From: Takakia lepidozioides
Lineage: Eukaryota > Plantae > Bryophyta
DNA: 64,000 nt
Direction: 5' to 3'
Assembly (NCBI GenBank): GCA_030704615.1
Contig: CM060731.1
Span: 66,340,001-66,404,000 of the forward strand
Below are positions 37,444 to 50,517 of this stretch, piece after piece. Position numbers and translations under genes: made by a program. The stretch's first letter is position 1. Each line of letters begins with the position of its first letter. The notes beneath the pieces were generated by a model that saw nothing but the letters and a program-made list of their open reading frames with translations, searched no databases and was not told the DNA's origin.

Positions 37444-40400
37444 GTAACGTCCCCAGAGGGCCACAAGGACCGATGGACAAGCTAGAACTGCTTGAGGATA
37501 CATCAAGAGTCACCTGAAGACGACGTGCCTCACAGGTAGGCCATGAGGCTCTTAAGATCTACACGATGAAGGACAAAATGTGCTTACAAATGATGTCATA
37601 ATCTTGTTGCTTTGGAGGGGGCAGCTTTTTAAGCTAGAGTGGCAATATCAGATGCAACTGCACGACATTGCATCAGAAAATGGATAATTGTCTTCAGGCA
37701 GCCTGCACATCGGGCATTGACAACCTCCCTTGCCTCTCTGTATCTGTTTTTTATCCGATGGTGGACTCCCCAACCCAAGTTTTAATTTCAGTCTAGTGGT
37801 GAGGGTAGGTACGCCCTCACTCCAGCAGTGGGACTTACCTTGATACAAACGATTACTTCGGCTTTCCAGATTTCCTCTAGAAAGCCTCTAGAAAGTCCTT
37901 CACAGTAGTGGACTTATGTACTCATAAGACGTCGTTTGCTGTAGCCTTGTTGGACTTGGAGGTCGTACTCTTAAGACTTTGTTTGCCGTAGCCTTGCGGC
38001 CATAAACCCTGCGCCCAGTTTGTGGGAGAAATGAAACTTTATAACGTCTGCAGAAAGCTCAACGAGCTTATGGCACAAAAGGAAAACAAAGCAACAAGAA
38101 GAAGAGAATGTACTCATAAGACGTTGTTTGCCGTAGCCTTGTGGCCATTGACCCCGCGCCCAGTTTGAGCGAAATGAATATTGTCTTCAGGTTGCCCACA
38201 CAACGGGAAATTGCACTCTCCCTTTCCTCTCTGCTTCTGTTTGCTGTTCAAAGGTAGGCTTCCTGCCCTGAGTTTAAATTTCAGTCTAGTGCCGAGAGTG
38301 GGTAGACCCTTGAGGTCATCCAAGATGTCCTCCCCCATGTCACAGACTGGAAACAAGTTCAGGGAAGTTTTCTGCCTAACTTCATTTTCATCAGACAATC
38401 TCATGGCAACAGACATGTGACATACACTCCTTAAGCACCCCCACTTGAATGGATTCTAGAGACTTAGCCTGGTTGGAGTTATCAACCCATATAGCAGATC
38501 CGTACTCCAAGGCAGGTCTAATAACGCAACAAAGCATGGTTTTCTTAACCTCAGAGTTGACCCCTCTGCAGTGGAAAAATTTAGTGAGCCCCAGAGCTTT
38601 GCCCTTGCCAGTTTGAACAACTTTCCGGATATGTGCATCCCAATTACAATTGGAGGAGAACTCAACGCCCAGGTAAGTGTAGGGAGGACCGGGATCTCTT
38701 GGCTACCCCACTGCCACTTAAGATCACTTCCTCCCTCTCCTCTGTCGTTGAATGCTACCACTGCACATTTGCTGCCATTAGCCTCTAGCCCCCAAAGATC
38801 AAAGTATCTCTTCGCGCAATCAATCAACTCCTGGAGATTGGTTGGAGTCTCCCCTATGCCTGCGAAGTCATCCGCAAACATAAGGGCTGGTATGGTGGTA
38901 TCACCCACCCTTAACCCAAATCCCTCACTTTCCACATCCTCGAGGAGTTGATCGATGAAAACATTGAAGAGCAGAGGGGAGAAAGTACATCCTTGAGCTA
39001 CAGCTTGGTCTATGTCAAAGAAGTTGGACTTCTGTCCGTTAACAGTGACACAGCTTTTGGTGTGAGCATACAAGTTGTGGACAACTCTCCACATCTTTCC
39101 CTTGATCCCACAAGACCAGAGGCGGAACCATAGGCCATCTCTCCACACTGTGTCATAAGCCTTTTTGACATCCAGGAAAAAGACATAAGTGGGTTTCCCT
39201 TCTTTTTTCCTTCCCTGGATAATCTGGCTTAGAGTGAAGATATGATCCACACAGCCCCTGTTTCGCCGAAAGCCAGCTTGGCCTTCGTGGAAACAACCTC
39301 TAGACTCCAGATCAACCTCGAGACGAGTACTTATAACTCTGCAGAATGTCTTGCCAACAGCATTGACAAGAAGAAGAGAGAGAGAGAGATTGTACTCATA
39401 AGACATTGTTTGCCGTAGCCTTGTGGGCCATTGACCCCGCACCCAGTTTGAACAGAACATATAGGGACAGAAACTACCTTTGTCAGGGGCTGACGCCGGT
39501 AGTACGATTTACCTTGGAATAAACAGTTGATCCAAGATTTCAAGATATCCTCCAGAAATCCCTTCTCACAAGCATCAATCTGATGTGTGTGATTTGCCCA
39601 ATAGCTAGACCCCAAAAGGGCCTGGGCTTTTGGCTCAGCCTCAAGATTTTCAAAGTTGTTAAACAGAGGTACAGGCACAATTTCCTTGATGGAATTGAAG
39701 AGGGTGTCCCGTTGGTGAGAGTACCCAGGACAATGAATCAGGAAGTGAATATTGTCTTCAGGTTGCCCACACAACGGGCACTTACAATCCCCCTTTCCTC
39801 TCTGCGACTGTTTGTTGTTCAAAGGTAGGCTACCCGCCCTGAGTTTGAATTTCAGTCTAGTGCCGTGGGTGGGTAGACCCTTGAAGAGAGAGAGAGAGAG
39901 ATGTAGGGGGTGTAGGGGTAGGGGTACGGGGTGGGAGACTTAAAAGTGGCTGCTGAGGAAAGCGTACCTGTCTCCACCAGCTCCCCAACAAACATTTTAG
40001 ATATGCCTGACATGACGATAGTCATGGGCACGGAAATTGGGCACCCTGCCACACCCTGCAACAGCTGCCCATCCCACCCCACATCTGTGAAAAACAAAAT
40101 TCAATAACGGTTTTAAGGTTTCTCAGCTTCTCCCTCTCTTCCAAGTACCCCCTAGCTTTATCATGCCCCACTCATGTGCCTCCCCCAAGAATCTACATAT
40201 CACAGATCCAGTGGAGAAATTATGGCCATAAGAGCACAAGGAAGAGGGGAAGGCATCTACCCGTCGCATATTGGCGCGTTGAAAACCTGACCGTCGGTAG
40301 CATTCATACCGGCTCATTTGCTCGGGAGTGAACTTGGCTAGCACAGCTCTGTCACCACCAATAAACTGCAAGTTAATGAGTGGTCGATTGACACGTATCC

Positions 40401-41372
40401 TTATTTATGCCTGTATGGGATTGCACTCTGGCAGAGTGGATAGAGTGTTCCATAAGACAAAAGCACACAAAAAAGCACCAATATTGAAGACCAGGCAGGA
40501 TATCAATGAATGAGAGAGAGAATGTACTTATAACACATTGTTTGCCGCATCCTCGTGGCCATAGACCCGCGCCCAGTTTGGGCGGAACAAGAGGGAGATT
40601 TTCAGTATGAGAGAGAGCCAGAGAGGGAGGGAGAAACTGGCCTGAGGCAGTGAGAACAACTTACCGCATCTTGTCAGGGTCAACCGTATGATATTTCCCG
40701 AACTCCAACTCCAAATTCTCCTCTTCTTCCTCTTCTTCTTCCTTACCCCTATCCCCTTTACCCCCAGCCCCGCCTGCTGTACTCGGACCGACTCCTGGCC
40801 TCAAATCAGCCTCACCTGACCTCAAATCACCTTCATCGTCACTAAACCCAGGGCTGCCCACTTTGCCAATTCCTTTCTTGGACGCCTTACTACCATTAAC
40901 CTTTGGCCCCACTTTAGCCTGCTGCCCAGAAGCTCCAACTCCACCGGATTGAGCACCTTCCGTCTGCACCCATCCTTCAGATCCACCTGCCACAACGTTT
41001 TGCTTACTAGCGTGCACTTGGACTCCAAACAAGCTGATGGACTCAAACCACTTCCACGACCATTCCTCACACCCGAGAGCCATACTACACCAACAGCCAG
41101 CAACGATTTTTCTTCTTTCTAGGTCTACTCTGCACGAATTCAGAGATTTTTTCCGCGACTTCAAATTATCTGAGAAATTCGACAAGATTGGAGAGCCTAC
41201 CAAACTCTAACATTTCAGTAGGAGACAAAGACTAACCTCGAGATTCTGGCGAGTCCATGAGGGCAGGGGATCCAGAGGGATCCATGTCACGATCGTGCGT
41301 GAGGTTTCTCTTCTTGGCGTCGACGCCATGGTCGTCGTCCTCCCCTGCGCTGCCCTCTGCTTCCCGCTTCAT
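37235..41372 (-). CDS. TAF11: TFIID subunit TAF11 (TAFII28 histone fold), 5 exons
   Basis: Exons 41372-41237, 40986-40665, 40348-40261, 40064-39968 and 37362-37235 with consistent phases. Protein includes FTPEQMSRYECYRRSGFQRANMRR, IVMSGISKMFVGELVETGRIVM and GPIRPCHIREAYRRLKLEGKVP. Confidence 0.93.
37400..37439. repeat. (GA)n microsatellite, ~20 units
   Basis: Seen directly, in the last TAF11 intron. Confidence 0.95.
37650..38105 (-). mobile_element. stack of short LINE A fragments and 3' stubs plus a LINE B 3' stub
   Basis: CQCPMCRLPEDN fragment (37650-37830); termini GTACTC(A/T)TAAGAC at ~37918 and ~37965; 38025-38105 matches the LINE B 3' end at 45856-45945. Confidence 0.75.
38110..39374 (-). 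mobile_element. LINE family A copy with reverse-transcriptase domain, 5'-truncated and internally deleted
   Basis: RT motifs QAGFRRNRGCVDHIF, FLDVKKAYDTV, VAQGCTFSPLLFNVFID and LMFADD, then a frameshift. C-terminal ORF 38114-38416 ends NNVL* a few bases before the CT-rich tail. Confidence 0.92.
39375..39885 (-). mobile_element. LINE family A 3' ~500 bp (CCHC zinc knuckle) bounded by (GA)n on both sides
   Basis: Encodes CPLCGQPEDNIHFLIHC; GA runs at 39375-39389 and 39886-39900. Confidence 0.9.
40512..40600 (-). mobile_element. LINE family A ~70-bp 3' stub in TAF11 intron 2
   Basis: GAGAGAGAGAATGTACTTATAACACATTGTTTGCCGCATCCTCGTGGCCATAGACCCGCGCCCAGTTTGGGCGGAAC. Confidence 0.8.
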
Positions 41373-41971
41373 GCCACCCTCACTCTCTCCGCTGCACACG
41401 ACAAGACCCCGAATCCCAGAAACACCGTGAACAGGATCTCGATACTATGTTATTGTTCGCGTTTGTGGATTTGAGCCCTGCACCACTCTGATGAAGTTTG
41501 AGATCCTCAAATTGGACACGTCGTCGTCTTCTGGGCTAGCTGGCCTAATTGGAATCTCATTCCAGATCCCAGTATTTCATCTGGCTTCTCAATCTGATCC
41601 TTGGTCGCCGTTTGAGATTCTCAAATCGGACACATCGTCGTGTTCTGGCCAGCTGGCTTAATTGGAACCTCATTCCAGGTCCCAGGATCTCTTCTGGCTT
41701 CTCAATCTGCGGCTTGTCCGTCGTGGTGCGATCGTTGAGCTACGGTGTTGTTGCGGGAGCACGATGTTGGCCATTCCAGGTGGCTTCCCAATCTGATCCC
41801 TGGTCACCGTTTGAGGTCCTCAAATTGGACACGTCGTCGTATTCGGGCCAGCTGGCCTAATGGGGATCTGATTCCAGGTCCCAATATTTCATTTGGCTTC
41901 TCAATCTGATGCTTGTCCGCCGTGGTGCGATCGTTGAGCTACGGAGTTGTTGCGGGAGCACGATGTTGGCC
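41373..41971. promoter_or_regulatory. ~600-bp head-to-head TAF11/alpha-galactosidase intergenic region built largely from tandem repeats
   Basis: Start codons at 41372(-) and 41972(+). A ~100-bp unit (TTTGAG..CCTCAAATTGGACACGTCGTCGT...GGCTTCTCAATCTG) occurs at ~41497, 41611 and 41810; a ~62-bp unit occurs at ~41712 and 41911. Confidence 0.7.
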
Positions 41972-44900
41972 ATGGCGGACTGTAGATTCTTTCCGATTCT
42001 TTTTCTGCTGGCACTGGGAATGGTGCATCATTCGTTGGCTTCTCGCAGTAGGATTTTGTTGCCACATTCTGGTATCTCATTCACTAGGGGATCGGTGGAC
42101 AGTCGTGTGAAGCTTGACCACGGACTCGGGCTTACTCCTCCCATGGGGTAATTTGTCTGAATGAGATGATAATGGATTCCGGATGATGCTTGCACAGTTT
42201 TGTTTCTTGCATGAATTGTCGGAAATGGTCGGTATGGCTGGATTGCATGAACATACAACTTTACCTGCAGAGTGTTGAGCTCGGATTAAATATCGTATGC
42301 GTTCAATTACAGTTTTGTTCATAGTCGTTTGATAAAACATCTTCCCGACACGTCCAAATTTACGTAGAATTGTGCTAATACGCGTTTCATATAGTTCTTT
42401 CATGAGGACAATAGCATCTCTGACAAGGAGGAAGACAGTTTGATTGCCTTCGAAATCGCTACATTGTGATTGGTTAGAGTATCGGTTGAACGGACCGAGT
42501 ACTAAGCTTATATACGTCACGGGTTGCTTGCGTGCAATGGCAGCAGGAAATAGCCTAAGGCTGCAAGATCTCAATCTACGCGTTGGCATACGTAAACAGT
42601 TGTGTTCCAGATTATTCTTTATGATCCTAATTTGGGAAAGTGTAAGGGCCACCTAGCTGAATCACACTGCACTGCAAGAATATACAGTGATCTTTGTCCC
42701 TGTCCGCTTCTTATGTAATGAGTGATCGAGTAGCAAGAACATGAAGCTAGCATTGCTGGTTACGCGTCAATCTGTTGACTATAGAGCTTTCATCAAAGTG
42801 TTAATTTTTGCTGTCAGTTGGAATAGCTGGAACTTTTTTGGCTGCGATGTTGACGAAACGGTGATATATGAAACAGGTAATTAAGACCTTGTTTCCCCTA
42901 GCAACGATTCCATATGCTTACCACACCTTGTTTAATTTAACATAAAGCATCTGAACACCTTTTCATTCTGGAAGGGGCAGTTGATGGAAGGATACAGATG
43001 GAAAGGCATAAAACCTGCACTGTGTTTGGGTGTGCAGCTGATGCTCTGATCTCCACAGGCCTTGCTGCCAAGGGTTACACCTACGTCAACATAGGTATTA
43101 TCTCCTCTTAAACCTGAACTGACATACTCCTTGTTTGAAATTTCCTAAATGGTTTTGGAGTGTTTCACTTCCTGTCACACTAGAATACAATGGAGGAGCA
43201 CTGGATACTCAGGACAGCACTTTCTTGAGCACAATTGTTTCGGAAACTTTTATAATGTGTCTAAATCTTTTCCTTTGCTCTTTGTGATGACAGATGACTG
43301 CTGGGCTGCCCCTGAACGTGACAGGAAGGTATGCTAACATGTTGCACTCTAAGGGTACCTCCTGGACTAAGGCCTTCTGTTCTTTCTTCTGTATTCACTG
43401 TTAACTCCATAAATTTATTGCACCACAGGCAAAACTGGGCCTTAGAGTGATTTGGTGGTGGCGGGGATGGAGTCTATGACAGGGTAACCTCCAAGCACGG
43501 CCCGAGACCTTTCCTTCAGGTATCAAGGCAATTGCTGACTATGTACATGGGAAAGGTCTGAAGCTCGGAATTTATTCTGATGCAGGGTGAGCATGACATA
43601 CTACATTATCTCTTACTACTCTCTGTTACAGATACTACTGGAAGAGGAAACTAGATTCCTGTCATGTTAGAGCTGATACAGGATTCTTTTCCCCTTTTCA
43701 ACACATCATCTTGGATAGACTGCTGACTGTATGCTTAAAGTTGTCAGTTTTAACATATTTAGTGCAAAAATTTTACAGGCATGCTGCTTCTAAGATCAAT
43801 GCAGTCTATGTATTTGTCCATCCAGAAGCAAGAGTGTGACTTTGATTTTCATGTACTACTGATCTGGGGTTTTAGTGTGTGGCCCTTCCATACTTCTAGC
43901 ATCTATGCATTGAGCTCATGTGGTCTACCTTCGTTTCTTGGGGGAAACAGTTCCAGCACAAGTTTGTCAGTGGACATATTTGCTTGGGATCCAAAAGTAA
44001 CTGTTTCTTGGATCAGCCCTGTATAACTCTGCCAGACAGAAGGCAGTAGCCCTACTGGTGAAGTGACATCAGAAGTTACACTTGCTTTGGCCAGAGTTTT
44101 CCTTCTTAACTCTGCCAGGGTTGCTGGAAAAATCTAGTCTTTCTCACTAAGCGGTAATACTCTAAGCTTCATTTGTGGTGGTGCAAGGTACTTTACATGC
44201 GCATTGACACAGCCCGGCTCATTGGGACATGAAATAGACGATGCTCTGACTTTCGCCTCCTGGGTGAGTGTGGTTTGACGGTACGCAATCTGTTTACTTC
44301 AAAACCATAGCTGGATCAAGCTTCAGCATCATTAGGGGGAATCTTCTCCTCTCACCTGAATATCTTTTTAGATCAGTTTTCTTTCTTAGCTGTTATGTTG
44401 TCCGTCCAAATATCAGCATTGTGTGGTGTTCCTGTCATGTAACTTGTCTCAAGATCTTCTGATTCCAAGGGTTGCAACTGTGGTTAGTGCCAACTAGTGA
44501 TGGAGATCACAGATTTACCTTGTATGTGTTGGCACTTCCTGTTGTTTTGGAAGATCTTACTGGGAAAAACAAAATTCTGGTTAATGATGAGCCGTAAATG
44601 GCCTTCATATAGCCTGCATTATTGTTTGCCAGAGTATCATCAGCTATAGCAGGCCAAGGTAGATAACAAATCTGTTATGAAACTCAATTAGCTCTTTGAA
44701 GTTTCTCCTTCTCCCTCAGGTTCAATATAGCTGTTGCCTTACGATTGTAACTCTACAATGGGATGGCCTTCAATCGCAACCTCAGACCACAGATGCTTTG
44801 CTTCTGTGATCAAAGCTTGGCAAAGACCTCAAGACATTGTGATGTATGAGGGCTCAGTAAGGACTTGAAACTCAGGGTAAACAGGAAACTGCACAACTGT

Positions 44901-47900
44901 GCACATTCTTTGGCAAAAGGAGGGTGAGAAGTTATATGAGATAAAGCTACCCAGGCATTATACAAACTCAGATATCTCATCGGTGTGTACTGACAATGTC
45001 ATACTTTGAGTTTTGCTTTAGGAGGTAGACTATCTGAAGTATGACAACTGCAACCATGATGGAACCAAACCTGAGATCAGGTGAAGACTGTTCATACCCA
45101 AAGGGCTGCGTCCTTATTTTCTCTATCTCAAGAGTGGCAGAGTATTTGAGAGCTTGTCTCAGCAAATAAAATTGATTCCTTCACTGTTATATGCTTGGCA
45201 GATGGTTGATTTGATCACCTTCCATAAAGCAATTACTCTCTTTCAGTTGTTATGGAGTTGCTATTTCTCTCTCTCTGTGTGGGTGGTTTCTTTTGGTTTA
45301 TACTAAAAAACGTAAGAAGTAGAAGTAGGGAAAGAGTGAGACAATTTGGTACAGGGTATTAAGGAGGGTTGTACGGAGCTGAATGCTAGTGACAGTTGCT
45401 CTGTTCATTGAAAGATCTTAAGTCTTAAGTTCTGACATGGGGTTGAAATATCTAATTTGGCTTGGTGGGCTATGGCAGATATCTGGTCATGAGTGATGCT
45501 CTAAAGAAGGCTGGTCGCCCAATTTACTACTCAATGTGTGAATGGTAAGAGTCTGAATAGTACTCACTTTGAATTCGGAGTCTCTCGAATGGCCCAGGCG
45601 ACATTACCATTAGGCCTTGACAGTAGTGAAAGTGTAAGGTTACAGTCTACCAGAGAATGAAATCTGTCCTAGAGTTGCCCTCAAAAGTTGTTAGGATAAT
45701 CAAGGGAGCTGGGTAATGACTGGCATGAAGAACTTAAAAGGAGGACCTGCAATCAAACACCGTCGATGTAGCCTTCCTCAGGAAAAGATGTGAGAGGTGG
45801 CTATGGTTGCATTGCGAGTCATGCTGTAGTGAGCATATGACACAGAGGTGGGAGAGAAATGAAATGAAATGGTGCTTTATAACGTCCGCGAAAAGCTCAT
45901 AGAGCTTATGGGACAAAATGGAAAGAAAAACATGAGAGGAAACAGGAAACCAGAGTCAGAGAAAAGAACTATTGTTCGAGTGATTGTCTAAGGGTGAATG
46001 CCTTGTGCAGGTAGGCTGCCAAGCATTTCTGATCTTCATAGTGAAAGACTTCAGTGAGAGATTGGGTTCCACGGAATAGACAATGGAATCTCCCACGGAT
46101 CTCATAGTATAGAGGGCAATAGAAGAAGAAGTATTCTTCAGTTTCAATTTCCTGGTTGCACCCTGTGCAAGCAGAGGCGGTCCTCCCGCTGCAGGTTTTC
46201 CCATCTGCCAGTCTCTATCCGTAGGTTGTGGGAGCCCACCCTGAACCGCCCCAAAGCCCTCAGGAGAGAAGGAGATAAAGAGGCCGAAAGGTAATTGGGC
46301 CACAAGATTCTATCATCTCGGAGAACCAAGAATGTTTCTCGATAGAAATGGAGCTTTGTCGTGAGGTTGGGTAACTTCCAAGTTCTCCTGACATGTAGCT
46401 CCATGAGCTCCTTTCTAATGAGTTGGTTGCGGTCGTGCTTGGATGTGATGTCCACCTCTTCTGGGTTCACTCGCAATAGTGAAGCAATAGAGAGTCCATG
46501 GCGTTCAAAAAAGGTATCCACACGAGCGTACCAGGATTGTTTGAAACCTGCATTTTTGAGTCTAATAGATGAAAGAGAGATAAAGCAAGAAGCAGCGGAA
46601 GCTGCTGGTTGTTTTAACTGATCATGTCTGGACTTCGAGAAGCAAATGAAGTGCACTGTTGCTGACTTATGTAGGACTCTAAATGTGGATGTTGCAGGGG
46701 GACTGATGACCCAGCAACATGGGCCCGTGATGTTGCAGACAGTTGGCGAACAACAGAAGATATTTCTGACAATTGGGAGAGGTAAACAAAGCACCTACCT
46801 AGATTTCCCTGTTGTTCAGAGGAAAATGAGAAGGACATCAGAGATTATTTTTGTGGGAACTTGGGAAAAAAATAGGAAACAGTGGGGTGAGACTCATCAG
46901 CACCTCTGGAAGGATTTTTTGGGTCCTTAGGGGCAACTGGTAGGTGACCTGCGGCTACATAGACACCACGGGATATTCAGTTGATGTGGGACAGAGCAAA
47001 GTTATACCTTGTGTAGCAGCCAATATTGTACAAAGAATCTGAAATCTTCAATAAGACCAGCATATCATTTCAGTAGCTTGTAAGGAGTTTCATACTGCCA
47101 ATAAATGTTAGCAGTGAAGACTTTCCAGTCAGGTAGGGCCAAAGAAGCACGGCTTGAGAAGCTTGCTTTGGTTAGAGGGTTCTCTGATACAGATTTACTA
47201 TTTTAAGTTTTTGAGAACTTTATTCTTTGCAATCTGTTTTATCTTTTTGGGGTGGGGCTCCTGTTGTGCAGCATGGTTCAGATTGCTGACTCGAACAATA
47301 AGTGGGCAGATTATGCTGTGCCTGGTGGTTGGAATGGTGAGACCAACAATTGGCTTGGAATTGCTGCTGGAGAGCTGGTTGATTGAGCACACTGGTTCTT
47401 GTTGTGGGTAGCTCAATATCGACTCCCCGTAACCATCAGTATTTAAGTAGTGTCACTGATTCAGATGACAAGTGATTGACGATATTGATGTCAAACTTGG
47501 GGATTCTTGGGGATGCAGATCCTGACATGTTGGAAGTTGGGAATGGGGGTATGACTGTGGAAGAATATCAAGCCCATTTTAGCATATGGGCAATTATGAA
47601 AGTATGCTGCTCAACTTTTTGCAGTTTTTGTTGTCGTAGATTGGCTTCTTCTGCATCGCTAGATTCGGGGCTTCATTTGACAAAATAAGTTTGACCTGGG
47701 TGCATAGACAATTCATCAGGGCCAGACAAACATTAAGGGTTCACTGACTCAACCTAATGTGCTCTACTGCTTGTGGAAGCACCAAAGAGCGAGTATCCAT
47801 TGGCTATTCCCTGAAATGTTGGAGCTGCCATTTGAGGACATACTCCCACGGGAGTATGAACCTCCCTAAGCCAGTTGTGGGATTTCTGCCAGTGTAACAT

Positions 47901-49794
47901 GAATCATGGACTCAACTTTGCCATAGCACTTGGCACAGCCAGCAACAATTCAGCATAAGGAATTGTATATGGAAATCAGTGTTTGGTGTTTGGCGCTCCT
48001 ATAGACATCATGCTAGAAAGTTGATTGTTGCACTGCTTGCTCCACCTTGCTACTGCTCCATGAAGAGATTATGAGGGACGGGGTTGACAAGGCCAGGGTA
48101 AAGTACATTGATAAGTAGCCTCCATCTGCAGGCACCACTTCTGATTGGGTGCGATGTGCGGAATGCAAGCGAAGAAATAATTGGATTATTGTCTAATGAG
48201 GAGGTTATTGCTGTCAATCAAGGTAACCCCTCGGGTGATGTGTGATATGTGCTGATAGTGACTCTAAGCTTTTCTCCCTCTCTGCCTCTCTGCAACAGCG
48301 GGATCGCCATTGTCAGACCATCACCTCTGTAGGGAAGCCTGAGGGCAGATTGCAGGAATGGCAGCATCTGCTTGTCATGGGGCATCCTGCCTGTGGAGCA
48401 GACTGTTGTGCGTATCTCTCTCTTTCTGTGTGTGGCCGTGCCTCGGCATGAACGTCTAACAAGTGGTAAGTAGGGCCTGGCATAGCACTGACCAGTTATA
48501 CACTAACCAACCCAGGCAAGTCGGGGTGCCTATAAGGCCTTTTCTTATTAATTGGTTGATCAGACTAGATGCTTGAGTTCATATGCTGTACATGCCCCTT
48601 GGATTTCCTTTCTGCAGATCGATTAGGGGTGCAGGGAAAAAAGGTTGCCAAGCAAGGCATCCACAATGACCTTGAGGTGAGCATTCATTGTCCACACTCT
48701 TTAGAGCATTAGAGTATTCAGAAATTTTCCTCTAGAAATTCATCATTAATCCATCCTTGCCCTGAATTGAGTTGAGTAGCATACGACACAATCCAACATT
48801 TCCTCCCTTTTGTTGCCCTGCACAAGTTCGCTGCAAGGAGAGAAAAGATTCCTTTTGAAGCATGCTTAACCTAGAAATCTACTAAGGTGGGGTCTACTAG
48901 GGTTTCAGAAGCAGAACATTGCTATAGCCAATAGCTGAATGTCCAATGAAGCATCACTACGTGGCTAGCATACCAGAAAGCATTAGATTGATAAGTGACA
49001 TTGAAGCAGATGGAATATATGTCGCAGTTTGGTTGTACTACTAGATACACATGTTGAGAGAAAGAGAGGAAAATTTACTTCAATCAAGGTGAGCATGTTG
49101 TACATTCCAGGTATGGGCTGGACCCCTCTATGGGGGGCATCTTGTTGTGGTGCTTTGGAACAGGAGTAACCACACAGATTCCATCACTGCAACATGGAAA
49201 GACATTGGCCTGGGGAGAGGCGCCTCGGTTTTCATCCGGGATCTTTGGAAGGTAGGGTACACCCTTCTTTTCGTCACTTCTGTAATTGAGTGTTGCAGAT
49301 GTCAATTGGAACATTCAAATAGAAATTGAAATGGTAGAACCCCCGAGTCTCAGATGCTATCCACAGTCAGGCTTCACTACATGGGCTTATGCGCTGAGAG
49401 ATTCTGTCACATTGCAGGTGGCTCCAGTATTTTCAAGAGCATACACTGGCATCTCACTTGTCTGTCTCCTGCTTTTGAATCTCATAAGGCTCTCACAATG
49501 AGAAAGGTTTCAATCTTCGAAGCTTCCTATTTCTGTGGGATTACAGTGCCACACCAGTGAGCTGAATATATGGTACTCCTGGAAGTCCTCAGGGAAAATC
49601 TAACTCTTCCTCATTTTTGTTGATTGCAGCACGAATATACGACTCAGAAAAAGGAGAAGGACAAACTAACCTACGATGTTGATGCACATGCCTGTAAGAT
49701 GTTTATCTTGACTCCGAAGAGATGCCTCACTGATCCTGGCATGTTGAGTAGCCCACTGGGAGATGAGCAAGTGACGGACATGCTTGAGTGTTGA
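41972..49794 (+). CDS. alpha-galactosidase (glycoside hydrolase family 27) with signal peptide, 15 exons
   Basis: Exons 41972-42147, 42818-42876, 43038-43094, 43294-43328, 43483-43586, 44188-44263, 45022-45080, 45479-45544, 46698-46781, 47272-47336, 47519-47601, 48132-48222, 48618-48676, 49111-49251 and 49630-49794. Motifs [49 protein letters not shown] and [13 protein letters not shown]. Confidence 0.95.
45856..46570 (-). mobile_element. LINE family B 3' fragment with (CATTT)n-like tail, in alpha-galactosidase intron 8
   Basis: Encodes [31 protein letters not shown] (post-RT region of a non-LTR element). 3' end TTATAAAGCACCATTTCATTTCATTTC on the minus strand. Confidence 0.8.
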
Positions 49795-50517
49795 AAATGG
49801 TGGTAGGCCTTTTGGTGGTGAGCCTTTTGGGAGTAGGCCATGCTTCGTGCCTCAAAAGTTGAATGACAATCTTCCTTCCTCTCTCTCTCCCTCTCTCTCA
49901 ATTTGATGCCTTCCATGACCCTCAGTAACTTATTCTGTGATGCACATACACATTTAGGAGTTGTGTGTGTGTGTATCTCTGTCTTTCTGGGTCTGTTTGC
50001 AATCCCCTCCAAGCGTGGTGCATGTGATTGAGACTGATGTGCCTGCTCAAAGAGAGCAAGCAGCCTGGCACACATCTCTTCTGAGCTTCTTTGATATCTT
50101 TCAGTGGGAGACACTGACTGATGGGCTACCATCCCCAAGAGCACAAGTGGTACAGATACAAAGGGTTATGGCAAGTGTACAATGAGTACATCCTGAGGCC
50201 TGAGGCCTGAAGCCTGTCTGTCCATTGAAGGTGTTTGTACATGTTAAGTAGCTCAGGGATTACGCACATCTCTACGTGGAGCTCTCTTAGACTTGTTGAA
50301 GTGCTACTGTACACCATCTCCTCAATATCCTTCATATTCCATCGAACGCAGCAGCAGGGTCTAGACTCAAAAGTCTGTGACATCCGGAGCAAGTTACTCT
50401 TTACTCTCCTCTTACAAACATATCAACTAACCAAGTCCTCTGCAAAGTTTCTCACAAAATTAACTCACTGAGCACTAATCTGTCAGTAAGCTCATCTCAA
50501 CAACACATGTGTCAACC

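Noticed and set aside
41497-41973. CRISPR-like array
   Set aside because: Units are 60-100 bp tandem duplications without unique spacers, in a eukaryotic promoter with no cas genes.
46880-46995. candidate alpha-galactosidase exon 9
   Set aside because: Contains a stop and no donor site; the true exon is 46698-46781 ([28 protein letters not shown]).
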